Of a DNA stretch of 64,000 nt, positions 13,542 to 26,758 are shown one piece after another. The DNA is from Octopus sinensis (lineage: Eukaryota), in NCBI RefSeq assembly GCF_006345805.1, contig NC_043000.1, positions 91,512,001-91,576,000 of the forward strand, in the 5' to 3' direction. The notes beneath the pieces are model-generated. The model saw only the letters and a list, made by a program, of their open reading frames with translations. It ran no database searches and was not told where the DNA came from. The first letter of the stretch is position 1, and each line of letters begins with the position of its first letter. The translations under genes and the position numbers were made by a program.

Positions 13542-13651
13542 ATGCCCTGATGCAGTACCAGGCATGCCCTGATGCAGTACCAGGTATGCCCTGATGCAGT
13601 ACCAGGCATGCCCTGATGCAGTACCAGGCATGCCCTGATGCAGTACCAGGC
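13542..13651. repeat. Five contiguous 22-bp repeats ATGCCCTGATGCAGTACCAGGC
   Basis: Counted directly; one C>T change in copy 2; no spacers. Confidence 0.95.
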
Positions 13652-14185
13652 AGTGGCTCTCATGGATTCTGATCTTAACTGATTGGAAGTGTTATCATGT
13701 ACATTGTTTTGTCTTGGAATAAAAGATGGGCTACAGCAAATATTCTGCTCAATACCACAGATTTGCTTGTCAGTTGTTTGACCTTAACCTGTTGAGCATG
13801 TCCAATAGTGGCTGACCATATGTGCATCTCTGATCACGAGCAGAAGTAGTGGGGGAGCATCATAGCCATGTGTAGAGAGGGGTTCTTTGGGGTTTGAATA
13901 ATTCACCTCTGGAAACATGGGTGGTTCTTTCAACATCCTTAAACAACCCTTATTCAGGGACCTTTTGAGCGGGATGGGCTACTCAACCTGAAGAAAATTC
14001 TAACTGGGCCCCACCTGCAAGGTCATGTGCTGTTTATCTTGATATGAGATCACCATGTCGCGCACATATGGTTGTGATGCATGTGTCTGGTGTACCCTTA
14101 TCAGACGGGTAGTCATGATGGGTATATTGGGCTTCGTATATTTTACCCCAGTGTCACTTTGATGGCATGCACTGCTCTCTCACTC
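13542..14185 (+). mobile_element. (TAA)n-targeting retroelement copy with a 5x tandemly repeated 5' end
   Basis: Homologous to 3820-4373; (AAT)n on both flanks. Confidence 0.8.
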
Positions 14186-14253
<68 letters not shown>

Positions 14254-14814
14254 AAGAAGAAGAAGAAGAAGAAGAAGAGAAGAAGAAGAATACAAAATAG
14301 AACAGAAATTATTTTGGTGTTGTTTAACTCCAGCTCAATGGTAATTCCATCAGTTTGTATATCAAGACAAATCGGCCAATATATCTTTACTTGATTACGA
14401 CGTTATAACGCATATTTGAGAACATTCTTTGGCTGCTATGGAATGACCACAGTGTAGTAAATCTCTCTCGTTAGTGTACAAGTATATGTATACAAAAACT
14501 GAATTTCTTTCAGCTATAATTAGTCGTACAAATTATATTCAAATTTAGATCGCATATGTAGAGAAATATATTGGTTTCAAATTTTAGCAGAAGGTCAGCA
14601 ATTTCGGGGAGTTTTGAACTGGTATTTATTTTATCAACCCCGAAAGGTTAAATGGTAAAGTCGACTGCGGCGGCATTTGATCGACCCCGAAAGTTGTATT
14701 TACGTAACAGAATGAGTGGTTAGGGCTGTTCTCATTAAATGTAGACTTCTTTGTCGGGTTGAAATTGGTTGTATAGAGTGGTATTCAAGTTGACTTTATT
14801 TGTTAAACTCACTA

Positions 14815-14905
14815 TAGATAGACAGACAGACAGGTAGATAGATAGATAGACACATAGCTAGAACGACACATAGACAGACAGACAGACAGAGAGACAGATA
14901 GATAC

Positions 14906-14955
<50 letters not shown>

Positions 14956-14956
14956 C

Positions 14957-15023
<67 letters not shown>

Positions 15024-15024
15024 G
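14815..15024. repeat. (GATA)n/(GACA)n microsatellite
   Basis: Directly visible. Confidence 0.95.
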
Positions 15025-15320
15025 AAAGATAATACTTAGAGAAACTGCAACAAACGGATATATAGGATTAAATATAGAAATTAATTCATAATCAAATGTG
15101 AATATTTATGCACAGGTGGTGAAAAGGAAATGTAATGTTTTATTTAAATATCTATGTAAAGAAATGTGTGCGTGTGTGTGTGTGTGCGTGTGCATCTATA
15201 CAAATCTATGTATATGTTTGTATTTATGTCTATATATGTGTGTGTAAATATGAATATAGCTATGTAAATGTATACATTATTTACATTATGTTCGTTCGTC
15301 TCGCTCTCTGTATCTATCCA

Positions 15321-15394
<74 letters not shown>

Positions 15395-15989
15395 TATATA
15401 TACACATATACATACCCATATACTATGTGTGTCTGTATGTCACTGTGTGTGCCTATGTGTCTGTCTGCCTGCCTAATTATGCATTTATCTATATGTAAAG
15501 CTACGTATTTTTGTGTATGCGCAGTATTGTGTATCATTTATCTTTGCACATTTAATAGAAAATAAGAGGGATAGAAAAGAACTTGCTGGAGGCTGTTGTT
15601 TGAACCAAAGTCTTGTAGTTTTAAATGGCTTGACTGACAGATTTGCAATGAAGAGCAAAAGTAAAGTAAATCTGCCCTTAGGTCTGTCTTCTTGACTAAT
15701 GGGTAATTTAGCAAGATAAAATATGATGTAATCTTCAGATAAATGTGACGTAAATACGTTGGTCTGTTTAGCACAGTAAATAAATGAATATGTAACAAAA
15801 GAGTTGTTGATGCTACTGTTATTTAGCCCCAGGTCAGCTGTGATCGAATAGATTCTATTATGAAAGGTATTCTAGCTGTGGCCACCACGTCTGTTATTTT
15901 TATTCAGAAAGCAATAACCAATGTGTTTTAAAGGTATGGCTGTTACTTGTTAGCAGTTCAAAATTTTACTAGTATTTATTTATTTAAAA

Positions 15990-16175
15990 AAAATATGGAC
16001 ACAGGCACTGCTGTTTGATTAAGAAGCCACGTGGTTTCAGGTTCAGTCCTCCTGCGCGGCACCTTGGGCAAGTGTCTTGTACAATAGTTCCGTGCCAACT
16101 GATGTCAAGTGAGCAAATCTGGTAGACGGCCTCCTCTTTGTTGGAAAGAATCTTCCACCTGCTAAAGGTAATCTG

Positions 16176-16210
<35 letters not shown>

Positions 16211-16312
16211 GCTTGTCTGTCCGTCTATCTAACTATTTATCTATCTATCTATCTATCTATCTATCTGCTTGTCTGTCCGTCTATCTAACTATTTATCTAT
16301 CTATCTATATCT

Positions 16313-16347
<35 letters not shown>

Positions 16348-16403
16348 GTCTGTCTATGTCTGTGTGTGCATGTATATATATATATATATTATATATATAT
16401 ATA

Positions 16404-16435
<32 letters not shown>

Positions 16436-16630
16436 ATGTGTGTGTGTATGTTTGTTTGTTCCCTTCCACTACTAAGAGTTGGTATATAAGTTAGCGGTTC
16501 GGCTAAAGTTATCGATAAATTAAATGCTAGACTTAAAAACATAAGTACTGGGGTTGATTGCTTAGACTAAACCCTTCATGTTGTGGTCCCACTATGGCCG
16601 CACTCCAATAGCCGAAACAAGTAAAAAGAA
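15990..16630 (+). mobile_element. Fragmented SINE-C interrupted by (TATC)n/(TA)n
   Basis: Head ggtttcaggttcagtcctcctgcgcggcaccttgggcaagtgtc near 16030; tail ttagcggttcggc...gaaacaagtaaaaag at 16490-16628. Confidence 0.6.
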
Positions 16631-16929
16631 AAGATTTTCTATTTCAATTAATTTATTTATTCAACAGTCGTTCGATAACAGCGAATCACTTCTTAATATT
16701 TAAATTTTCCATTCCCTACCGCACTGTACACAAGACCATTCTTGATTGGTTTCCGTAAACAATCAGAGGTTAATAGCCCTTCACTCAACGCTTTGACTTT
16801 TCTGGTGAACGAGACACATTTTATAACTCGACGTAACCGATTCGGAAACGGACAAACACAGAAGAATCAACGCTAGTATTTGATAGATACTTTATTTATC
16901 AAAACAGTAAGAATGAAATGCAAAACAGA

Positions 16930-17305
16930 ACTGCGTGGGATTTGAACTCAGATCATAGAAAGTCGGAGCAACTCTATAAAGCTTTCTGTTTAACTCTCTA
17001 AAGACTTTGCTAATTTCCTGTATTACGTTTGTCTTCATTAGCTGTATACTTCTTTATAACATTTTAGAATTATTCGTAATAGTAGAAATTACTTACGTAG
17101 TTTGTGATATTGGCCTAATATGGGATTTGATCTTAGAGCGTAGAAAGTCGGAGAAAATTCTGCAAGGTTTTCTGTTTGACTCTCTAAAGACTCTGCCAAT
17201 TTACTGTATTACGTTTCTCTTCATCAACTGTATACTTCCTTATTCAGAATTGAAGAAAAAAGCTCAAATAGGTTGTGAGATTAGTCTAATATGGGAAACT
17301 TGACT
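16930..17305. repeat. Diverged tandem duplication, ~187-bp unit x2
   Basis: tagaaagtcggag...tttctgttt.actctctaaagact...ctgtatacttc occurs near both 16956 and 17141. Confidence 0.75.
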
Positions 17306-17409
17306 GTTATACAGAAGTTATCAACAACCCATTATCAAAACCTGACTTCTGATCCGTTAAAAGCTGAGCCCAACTGACTGGGAGACTTTGTTAGTAGAGA
17401 GTATTATAG

Positions 17410-17620
17410 TGGTTCCGAATTTGTGTACAGGGTCAACAATTTCGGGGGAAGTGTAAGCCGATTACATCGACCCCAGTGCTAAAATAGTACTTATTTTATC
17501 AACCCCGAAATGGTGAAAAGCAAAGTAAACTCTGACGGCATTTGCACTCAGAACATAAGACGGACGAAATGCCGGGAAGCATTTTGTCCGGCGTGCTAAC
17601 ACTTCTGCCAGGTCACCGTT
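17410..17620 (-). mobile_element. Degenerate SINE-A
   Basis: Reverse complement of the head and core (catttgcactcagaac...ggcgtgctaac). Confidence 0.7.
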
Positions 17621-19230
17621 TTAGAGAGGCTTGTATTGTTCAGTATTTCTTTTGGGCCACAGAAAGATTAGAACTCAGTTGTACAATCTAACGCAAACAC
17701 TGTAATCCTGCTATATTCTGTTTAGGCATTGCAGAGCAATTCATAAACAATAGAAATAAATTATTTTAAAAAATGAACACCAGACTAAATAATTTTGCGG
17801 GAAGAAAGTTTGCTGTTCAAGCGTTTATTCCCATTTCATTGTAGAATCGACAGCATTTTTTCGCCTTATATAATCAGAACTTTTCTTCAATTAATGGGGC
17901 GTCCCATACTATACTGGAGACGATTATCTTTAGCAGATGGAAGATTTTTTCCTACAAAGAGGAGGCTGTTTTCAAATGGCGAAATTGAATTTTCAGTGTA
18001 GGTGTTAGACCTATCTTCTTTTCCAGCCGTTCTCCGTAATGACAATAATCACACTAAGATTCATTTGAGCTTCCCAATTTTTTTTATTTGCCTTCATAAT
18101 GTATTTACATATGCATATTCAATAGATTCATATTGCTTAAGTGGTACAGAGTAAATAAATTTTCAAACAAAATAAATATTCGTTGATGAACACTGCTAGT
18201 TAAAAGTGAGAAAGATAAACTATTTGAGAGACAACCTAAGGCAAAAAACGATCGACTTGTGCAGCTCCTGAAATATTTCTTTAATTAGGTTGAATTTTCC
18301 ATGAGAATAGGTAAGAGAGATCAGAGACTATCATAAGAGAAAAAAAGTAACATAGCCCGTATAAACCAGGGATAGATATTCTGGGCTGAATTTTCTCGCC
18401 TTTTAATAACTGTCGGTCTAAAAAGTTATAGAATCTGGTTGACAGAGAAATTTCTACGCTTTTTACGATGTTGCCGGCTTTGCCATAAATAAGTCGGCAG
18501 TGCGATTGGTCAAACCAGATACACGAACGTACTATTAAATTTCATGGCGACTTTTTTTCTTTCATGTAAGTTTATTAGATCGTGATTTTAGACGGGAAAT
18601 CTGAGAAATATGGCTCGAATCTCAGTAGGGCTGTCACTACAAACTCAGATAGCAAAGAATCTGAACATATGTTTCAAAGTATCACGTGTAAAGCTCGAAT
18701 ATTTCTGCTAATCCTTCGCTGGTATATTATTTATCAACCCAAAAATGAATGAAGACTAACGTTATATTCAACAGGATTTTATGTCAGAATCACAAAGGAG
18801 AGAAAGAAATAACTATAAGACATCCTATTCAACGTCTTTTAAGAGAAAAGCATAGACGATTAAATCAGCCTCAGTACGTGACTATCACTCTATTGAATTT
18901 ACAAAATATAAAAAGCTAAGTCGAAATTGGTGATAAGTAATAATCAAATGCAACCATAAATTACTATATAAAGGAATGTAACTATTATCCACTTCACCCA
19001 TTGTAAATAATAATATGAACGATGTATAAGGCAACAGGCAGGGCCTTTTCTGTTCGAGCAAATAAAAGACCAACATACAGATTATGTAGGTTAACTGAAT
19101 AATTCGGTCTCGACACTTATAGAGAAACATACGGAAACTTCGTTTTCGTATAGTAGAGAGTCAGTTAAGTACAGGCTATGCCCATTTCAGGTATTAGTCA
19201 CGAAAACATTTTAATATAGTTATGGAAGCG

Positions 19231-19807
19231 AGGGCGGTGAGCTGGCAGAAACGTTAGCACGCCGGGCGAAATGCGTAGCCGTATTTCGTCTGCCGTTACG
19301 TTCCGAGTTCAAATTCTGCCGAGGTCGACTTTGCCTTTCATCCTTTCGAGGTCGATAAATTAAGTACCAGTTACGCACTGGGGTCGATGTAATCGACTTA
19401 ATCCGTTTGTCTGTTCTTGTTTGTCCCTTCTGTGTGTAGCCCCTTGTGGGTAGTAAAGGAATAGGTATTTCGTCTGCCGCTACGTTCTGAGTTCAAATTC
19501 CGCCGAGGTAAACTTTGTCTTTCATCGTTTCGGGGTCGATTAAATAAGTACCAGTTACACACAGGGGTCGATATAATCGACTTAATCCGTTTGTCTCTCC
19601 TTTCTGTGTTTAGCCCCTTGTGGGTAGTAAATAAATAAGTATTTAGTCTGCCGTTACGTTCTGAGTTCAAATTCCGCCGAGGTCGACTTTGCTTTTATCT
19701 TTTCGGAGTTGCTAAATAAGTATCAGTAATATCGACCGTAGTCGATATAATCAATCGATTTATCCTTCCCCAAAATTCTGACCTTGTGCCAAAATTTGAA
19801 ACCAATA
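19231..19807 (+). mobile_element. SINE-A trimer (head-core-long-core-long-core-short)
   Basis: Three cores; junctions at 19464/19465 and 19638/19639. Confidence 0.9.
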
Positions 19808-20559
19808 CAGAAGTGGAAGTGACCGAGTTACTAGTCAATCATACAATAATGCCAGATTGTCACCAAGTTATTTAATTACTATTAAGCAGACTGTGCCAAA
19901 TGGTTGTAAATTTATCTTCGTTATAGACAAGCCCGATGCTAGATGGAACGTGCTACCTTTGATCGGTAGGTTGACTTTCAATCCACTTGGCCAATCGTAG
20001 CTTTCGGACAAACTGAGACTAGTTGAACGGAATAAATTTTACCTCGAGGTAAAATTTAAGAAATATAGCAAGGTTGCAAATCTAGGACCTTAGAGTAAAT
20101 ATTTCGTTAACATTTAGTTAACGTGAATAACTATTTAATACTCAAACATCATTGCCAGAACAAATATTGAAGTTGCCATTCCGAAAGTGTTCCACTGGAA
20201 GCATGTCTAATGATTAGAGATTAGAAACAACTCACAAAATTCAATCACTTCTCGCTGATGTTGTGTATGTAACAGAGAAAAAGAGAAAGATTGCCCCTGG
20301 AATTGCTTGAAGTCTGCCTTGTTTCCAAATCTCATTGCCTGTCTTAGAATTTGCTTAAGATTATCTGTCAGAAATATCAGCAAACTGGAACCTTAATCTT
20401 TAATTCTCTGACAAATTTCAAATAAAATAACGAAAAGAACAAAAAAAAAAAAGAAGAAAGAACAGAAAACAAATCGAAATAATGCAAAACAAAAGAAAAT
20501 AGAAAAAGAGAAATGAGTTTCTTTTTCATTGATCTGATTTCAATAAGATGGTGAAATAG

Positions 20560-20907
20560 TGAAACTATGGACTGTCTGCTCAATTCAGCTTTCGCGGTAG
20601 GTGGATTCTTTCTCGTTTAAACTAAACCGGCCGACATATTGATCGGAGTTTGCCGCTTTCCGCTTTCAGTTCCGACGCTCCCCTTCTCTTCAGATTGTTT
20701 CAACCAAGTGGAAGACATTTCGTCATGACAATTGGATTAGCTTTTCTTTTTTTTTGTTTTTGTTTTTGTTTTGATTCCATTGTTTTTGTTCTTTTTGTGG
20801 CTTTTGTTGTTATTTTCATTCTTACGAAACCTCGTCAAGTTGGATGAAAGTTAGAAGATGATGGTGAAGCCATGCAACAAGGTTAGCGATTCCCTCACGG
20901 ATAGAAG
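20560..20907 (+). promoter_or_regulatory. Candidate promoter-proximal region or first (5' UTR) exon
   Basis: Locally CpG-rich non-repeat sequence ending in the donor-like GAAG|GTAATC, followed by a long pyrimidine-rich tract. Inference only. Confidence 0.2.
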
Positions 20908-21712
20908 GTAATCTCACTTTCTCTCATGCCCTCATCCTTCCCTTTCTCACCCTCTTCCTCTCGCTTTTTCTCTCCTCTCCCCTCCCTCTCTTAGTTGCTC
21001 TTTCCCTCTCCCTCTCCGCTTCACACATACACACACACACACATCTACTTCTCTCTGCTTCTTCTTTTCCATGTCCCTTTCCAAATTGTTCTTTATCTCT
21101 TTCCCTATCTACCTCTCTCTCTCTCCCTCTCTCTCCTGTTTTCCGTTTTTTCCCTCCCTTTACTTCAAATTATTTCTTAATACACTCTTTCTATTTTTCT
21201 TTTCTGTTTATTTACTTTTTTTCTTTTTTTTATCACTTATACACACATGAACACACGCACACACACACACATCCATCACATCCCCAAACTCTCTCATTCT
21301 TTCTCTTTCATTTCTCATGGTTCTTCCTTTATCCTATTATTTTGGTTTATTTTCTGTTCTTCATTCTTCATTCTTCATTTCTTTTGCTTTAGTTTCACTT
21401 TCATTTTGTTTATCTTACATTTCAACTGCACCCCCTCTATCTCTCTCTTACTCTTTCTTCAGTTGATCATGACCGTTTTTTCTTTCTTTCTTTCTTTCCC
21501 ACTCTATGACCTATTCCCTTATATTTTACTTCTTTTCTCTCTCTCTCTTTCTCTGTTTCCTCTCTCTTTCAGTCAAGTCTTCCCTCTGTACTTTCTCAAT
21601 CTGTTTTCGTTTCTTTTCCTCCTCCCTCTGTCTCTTTTATTCCATTTGTCTTGTTCATATTTATCTGCTTTTCCTTACTCCTCATTATTTACACTCTTCA
21701 TGTTTCTCTCTT

Positions 21713-21744
<32 letters not shown>

Positions 21745-22169
21745 TCCTCACTTCTCCCCACCTTTCCCCTCCTCTCTCTCTCTCTCTCTTGTTTATTTTG
21801 TAGCAAAGTTTCCAAGCCTTCAGTTTCTTTTGAGTGAAAAATTATAGGAAATTATCGAAAAAGAAGTCTAGAAACTTCTCTATATTTCATCTGTTCTTTC
21901 TCTGGAGATTTATAGTGGTGTTGGTAGCGGTGATGGGGAAGGCGGGTAGTAGTACCGGTGGTGGTCGTAGTAATGGTGTTGATAATGGTACTGACAGTGG
22001 CATTAGTATTGATACTGGTAAAAATGTTAGTACGGTAGTGAAAATTCCATTTATTATTGTTCCTTCTAGTTAAAAGTTCAAATCCAGTTGATTCTGACTT
22101 CTCATTCACTTCTTACAAAATAACTTGGGTCTCTTTATAAGTAAACATTGCAATATTAAGGTGTTTCTC

Positions 22170-22550
22170 AAGGCGGCGAATTGCTAGAAACGTTAGCAGG
22201 CCGGGCGAAATGCTTATAGGTATTTCGTCTGCCGTTCAGAGTTCAAATTCCGCCGAGGTCGACTTTGCCTTTCATCCTTTCGGGGTCGATTAAATAAGTA
22301 CCTGTTACGCACTGGGGTCGATATAATCGACTTAATCCGTTTGTCTGTCCTTGTTTGTCCCCTTGTGGGTAGTAAAGAAATGGGTATTTCGCCTGTCTTT
22401 ACGTTCTGAGTTCAAATTCTGCCGAGGTCAACTTCGCTATTCATTCTTTCGAAGTACATTAAAATAAGTACCACTTGAACACTAGGATCGATATAATTGA
22501 CTTACACCCTATCCCGAACTTTCTGGCCTTGTGCCAAAATTTGAAATGAA
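22170..22550 (+). mobile_element. SINE-A dimer
   Basis: Junction aaagaaatgg|gtatttcg at 22383/22384. Confidence 0.85.
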
Positions 22551-22562
22551 TATGCGTCAGCT

Positions 22563-22780
22563 AGGGCGGCGAGCTAGCAGAATCGTTAGCACACAGGGTA
22601 AATGCTTAGTGACATATGGTCCATCTTTACATTCTGAGTTTAAATTCCACCGAGGTCGAGTTTGCCTTTCATCCTTTCCGGATCGATTAAATTGGTACCA
22701 GCTGAATACTGGGGTTGATATAATCGACTTACCCCCTTCCCCGAATTTGCTGGTCTTGTGCCAAAAGTTGGAACTAATAT
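22563..22780 (+). mobile_element. SINE-A monomer, short tail
   Basis: Head gggcggcgagctagcagaatcgttagc, then core and short tail. Confidence 0.8.
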
Positions 22781-23497
22781 TAAAGTGCTTGTAGTATAAT
22801 GAAATGTAGAGGCATAGAAGTTTGGTCTTATTAAACTTTAATACTGCTGAGACTAAATGTGAACCACTAATGGACAACACTGCACAGGCAATTTTTATTA
22901 AGAGGAGTACCATTGAAGGCCGTGTATATAAAACGAGAATGCTTCCATCAAATTAACTAAAAAGAATATACAAAGTAAATAACCATCCTCCAAGACAATT
23001 CTAATTTAATGCAAACATTTTTGAAATGTTTGAAAAGAAAAGAAATTTCATAGTGATTAGCAATAAATTGTTAATTTCAACATTCAAAATGTCTAATTTT
23101 TTGTCTACATGAAATGGCAGTGCTCATGATCGTGTGCAGGGTCTCAGATATTAGTAGGGTGAAGGTGTAAGGTATCCTTAAACCGGAGATATAGTTTCAG
23201 TACTTTCAACAAGGTGAATCCTGCTAAAATTAACCAGCGCCCAGCTGTAGCGTTAAAATAGATTAAGCCTACTACCCTAGAAAGCCACATTGGAATTTGA
23301 GCTTAGGACACAGAATAGCAATAAATATTGAAATGTATCTCCTCTTATTCGCTAGCGTTTCTACCTCTTGACCACTCTAAACTGATACTTATAAACCTCG
23401 GTAGGAGGAAGGGCAAATTAGACCTCAGCGGGATTTGAATTCTACGGGTATACTCGTTATCGATTAGAATTAATTTCTAGTATCAACACAAAAATTT

Positions 23498-23712
23498 AAG
23501 GCGGGGAGCTGGCAGAATCGTTAGCACACCATGCAAAATGCTTTGCAGCATTTCATCTGTCTTTATGTTCTGAGTTCAAATTCTGCCGAGGTCGACTTGG
23601 CTTTTCATCTTTCAGGGTCGATAAAATAAGTACCAGTTGAACACTGGGACCTATGTAATCAACTCACCCCATCCCCAGAAATTACTGGCCTTGTGCTAAA
23701 ATTTGAAGCCAA
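23498..23712 (+). mobile_element. SINE-A monomer, short tail
   Basis: Head, core and short tail match the family. Confidence 0.8.
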
Positions 23713-24539
23713 TATCAACACAGTTTCACATCCAGGGGAACAGTGTATTGTTAATTTACTGAGTATAGTTAATTTATCTTACTCGACCAGTACTGGTCAA
23801 GTAAAATAAAATCAGTGCTTAACCAATGCTGATTTTATCGTTTCCAAAGGATGCAAAGCAAAGTCGAATACTATGGGAATTGAACGCAGACGTAAATTGA
23901 AGCAAACCAAATACCGCAAGAAATTTATCCGACAGTCTATTGTTCCTGCAATCCATTATTAAACTATTCAAGGGTTCAAGTAATCGGAATGACAAATTAT
24001 CCTCTTGGAGTTGTTCCTGAATTTACTGGTTTTGGTCCCGGTGGTAAATGCATATTCTTTTTTTATTTTTATTAAAACTTTGCTGCTATTTTCGTGTCTT
24101 CCGGTTACTTGGAGATATAGAATCATCACCCTGACATTAAATTTCTTGCTGATTTTGTAAGATTCCATCTTTTTGGTCACGACAATGAGAATCATAATCC
24201 GTTTTGCTTCTGATCGTTTTCTTCAGCAAGAGTCAAGAATATAAAACTATTTCCTTTCCCTTACGTTTATTGTCATCGGGTGTTTTTTGATCAGTCATTC
24301 AAGTAATTAATGATAAGGAGAGGAATCAAATATCACACAGAGATTTGGTTATTTAATATCTGAGTGTTAACTATAATCATATCTTGGATTGGCATCATGA
24401 AAGTCTCTACCACCATGCACATAATTTTTACGTCTGCTATGATGGCTTAAGAAGATATCACTACTCTGAGTATCTGTGTTGCTATAGAAGTGTTAGTATG
24501 AGACAAAACGGAGTGTATCTCAATATCATATTGTCTGGA

Positions 24540-24975
24540 AAGCGTCGAGCTGGCAGAAACGTTAGCACACCGGGCGAAATGCTCAGCAGTATTTCGTCTG
24601 ACGCTACGTTCTGAGTTCAAATTCCGCCGAGGTCGACTTTGCCTTTCATCCTTTCGAGGTCGATTAAATAAGTACCAGTTACGCACTGGGGTCGATATAA
24701 TTGACTTAATCCGTTTGTCTGTCCTTGTTTGTCCCCTCTGTGTGTAGCCCCTTGTGGGCAGTAAAGAAATAACAATTGTTGGCGCGCCGGGCAAAATTCT
24801 TAGCAGCATTTTGTCCGTCTTTACATTCTGAGTTCAAATTCCGCTGAGCTCGACTTTGGTTTTTATCCTTTCGGGATCTATAAAATAAGTCCCAGTTGAA
24901 CGCTTGGGTCGATGAGATCGACTTAACCCCACTCACAAAATTTCTGGTCTGCTACCAAAACGTGAAACTAATATC
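24540..24975 (+). mobile_element. Two adjacent SINE-A copies (long-tail copy, then a degenerate short-tail copy)
   Basis: Family motifs repeated at 24545 and 24780. Confidence 0.8.
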
Positions 24976-25156
24976 ATCCAACAAGTTATCTACAAAAGAT
25001 TGTTAGCCCTTCTGCTCGTTGAACTTTGTATCAATAATTCATTGGATGTCCATTTATCTTTTATCTTTTACCTGTTTCAATCATTAAACGGTGGCCATGT
25101 TGGGGCGTCGCGGTGAATTTTTAGTCGAATAAATCGACTTCAGTACATTTTTTTAA

Positions 25157-25341
25157 GGACAGACAAAGGGATTAAGTCGATTACATCGACCCCAGTGCGT
25201 AAATGGTACTTAATTTATCGACCCCAAAAGGATGAAAGGCAAAGTCGACCTCGGCGGAATTTGATCTCAGAACGTAACGGCAGACGAAACACCGCTAAGC
25301 ATTTCGCCCGGCGCGCTACCGATGCTGCCAGCTCGCCGCCT
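25157..25341 (-). mobile_element. SINE-A with truncated long tail
   Basis: Reverse complement of the head and core. Confidence 0.8.
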
Positions 25342-26283
25342 TATTGGAAAATATCGTGAAGGTGGTGCAAGGAATTAAAATTACTGCGTATAATACTTTG
25401 TCACGTTTAATATAAGCAGGACGAGAAAAATGTGGCACTAGTTGTTATTGATGTTGTTGCTATCGGCTCGCTCACTTCTTTCCTCTCACCCTCATTGTTA
25501 CTGTTCTGCATATCCAGTTAATGGGATTTCTCAGTTTCATGGACAACTGCTATAAATTTAGTCGATGCACAACTGTATCTAACCTGACGTTGAACAAGTT
25601 AGCGGGGGTGAGAGACTATGATAGGGAGCAAAAGCAGCATAACCCGTATAAACCCGGGATAGCATTGCCTAAAGCTGAATGATAACTGTCAACACAGAAC
25701 CTTCGGCCAGACTAGTTCGCAGGAAAATTCACATACTTACCTTGGAGTTTACCGTTTCAGTCATATTAAGTCCCCCAGTACTGATGGTTGAGCCAAATTC
25801 CCGTAGGTATAAATATCTTTAATGACCAGACTTTTCTTATTAAGAAAATAAATTAGTTTATACTTCTAAATTCGGAAAATCTGTGAGCTATGTTTCAAAC
25901 TCTAGAAGAGTACTCACTACAAGCCCTTACATTCGATGAACTGCAAAATGTGACCCTTTCTTCCCTTTATACATGCAAGAACTGCATTTAGACGATTTGG
26001 GGGTTACTTGTCTTGAACTGGATTTGTAGGGATTAAAGAAGATATGTAATCAGGTGTATGAAGTACTTTAACCAAAGTCAATCACAGCTTCTCAACTATT
26101 GGTAAGTGGAGTTCTATTTATAAACAGAATCTTGCTCAACTAATATAGCGCTTTTGTGTCACACATTTTTAACTTATACCTGCAATTATTGAATTTTAAC
26201 GCAAATTTTCAACTCGTCCTTCAAACGTTGCATACTGTCATTGCATCACCTATCGATATTAGTTAAACTTTTCTGCAAAAAAG

Positions 26284-26319
<36 letters not shown>

Positions 26320-26323
26320 TAAT

Positions 26324-26758
26324 AATACCACAGATTTGCTTGTCAGTTGTTTGGCCTTAACCAGTTGACCATGTCCCTTAGTGGCTGACGATATGTGCAT
26401 CTCCGATCATGGGCAGTAGTAGTGGGGAAACATCATAGCAGTGTGTTGAAAGGAATTCTTGGAGGTTTGGATAATTCACATTTGGAAACATGAGTGGTTT
26501 GTTCAACATCCTTAAACAATCCTTATTCATGGAACTTTTGAGCGGGAAGAGCTACTCGACTAGAAGGAGATTGTAACTGGGCCCCATCTGCAAGGTCATG
26601 CGCTGTTTATCTTGATATGAGATCACCATGTCATGCACATATGGTTGTGATGCATGTGTCTAGTGTACCCTTATCAGACGGGTAGTCATGATGGGTGTAC
26701 TGGACTTCGTATATTTTACCCCAGTGTCACTTTCATGGCATGCACTGCTCTCTCACTC
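26324..26758 (+). mobile_element. 5'-truncated copy of the (TAA)n-targeting retroelement
   Basis: Starts internally (aataccacagatttgc) directly after (AAT)n and keeps the 3' end. Confidence 0.8.

Noticed and set aside
13542-13651. 22-bp repeats as a CRISPR array
   Set aside because: Contiguous with no spacers, eukaryotic context, and the unit is the terminus of a retroelement.
21247-21847. 196-aa and 113-aa hydrophobic ORFs
   Set aside because: A CT-rich low-complexity tract producing F/L/S runs.
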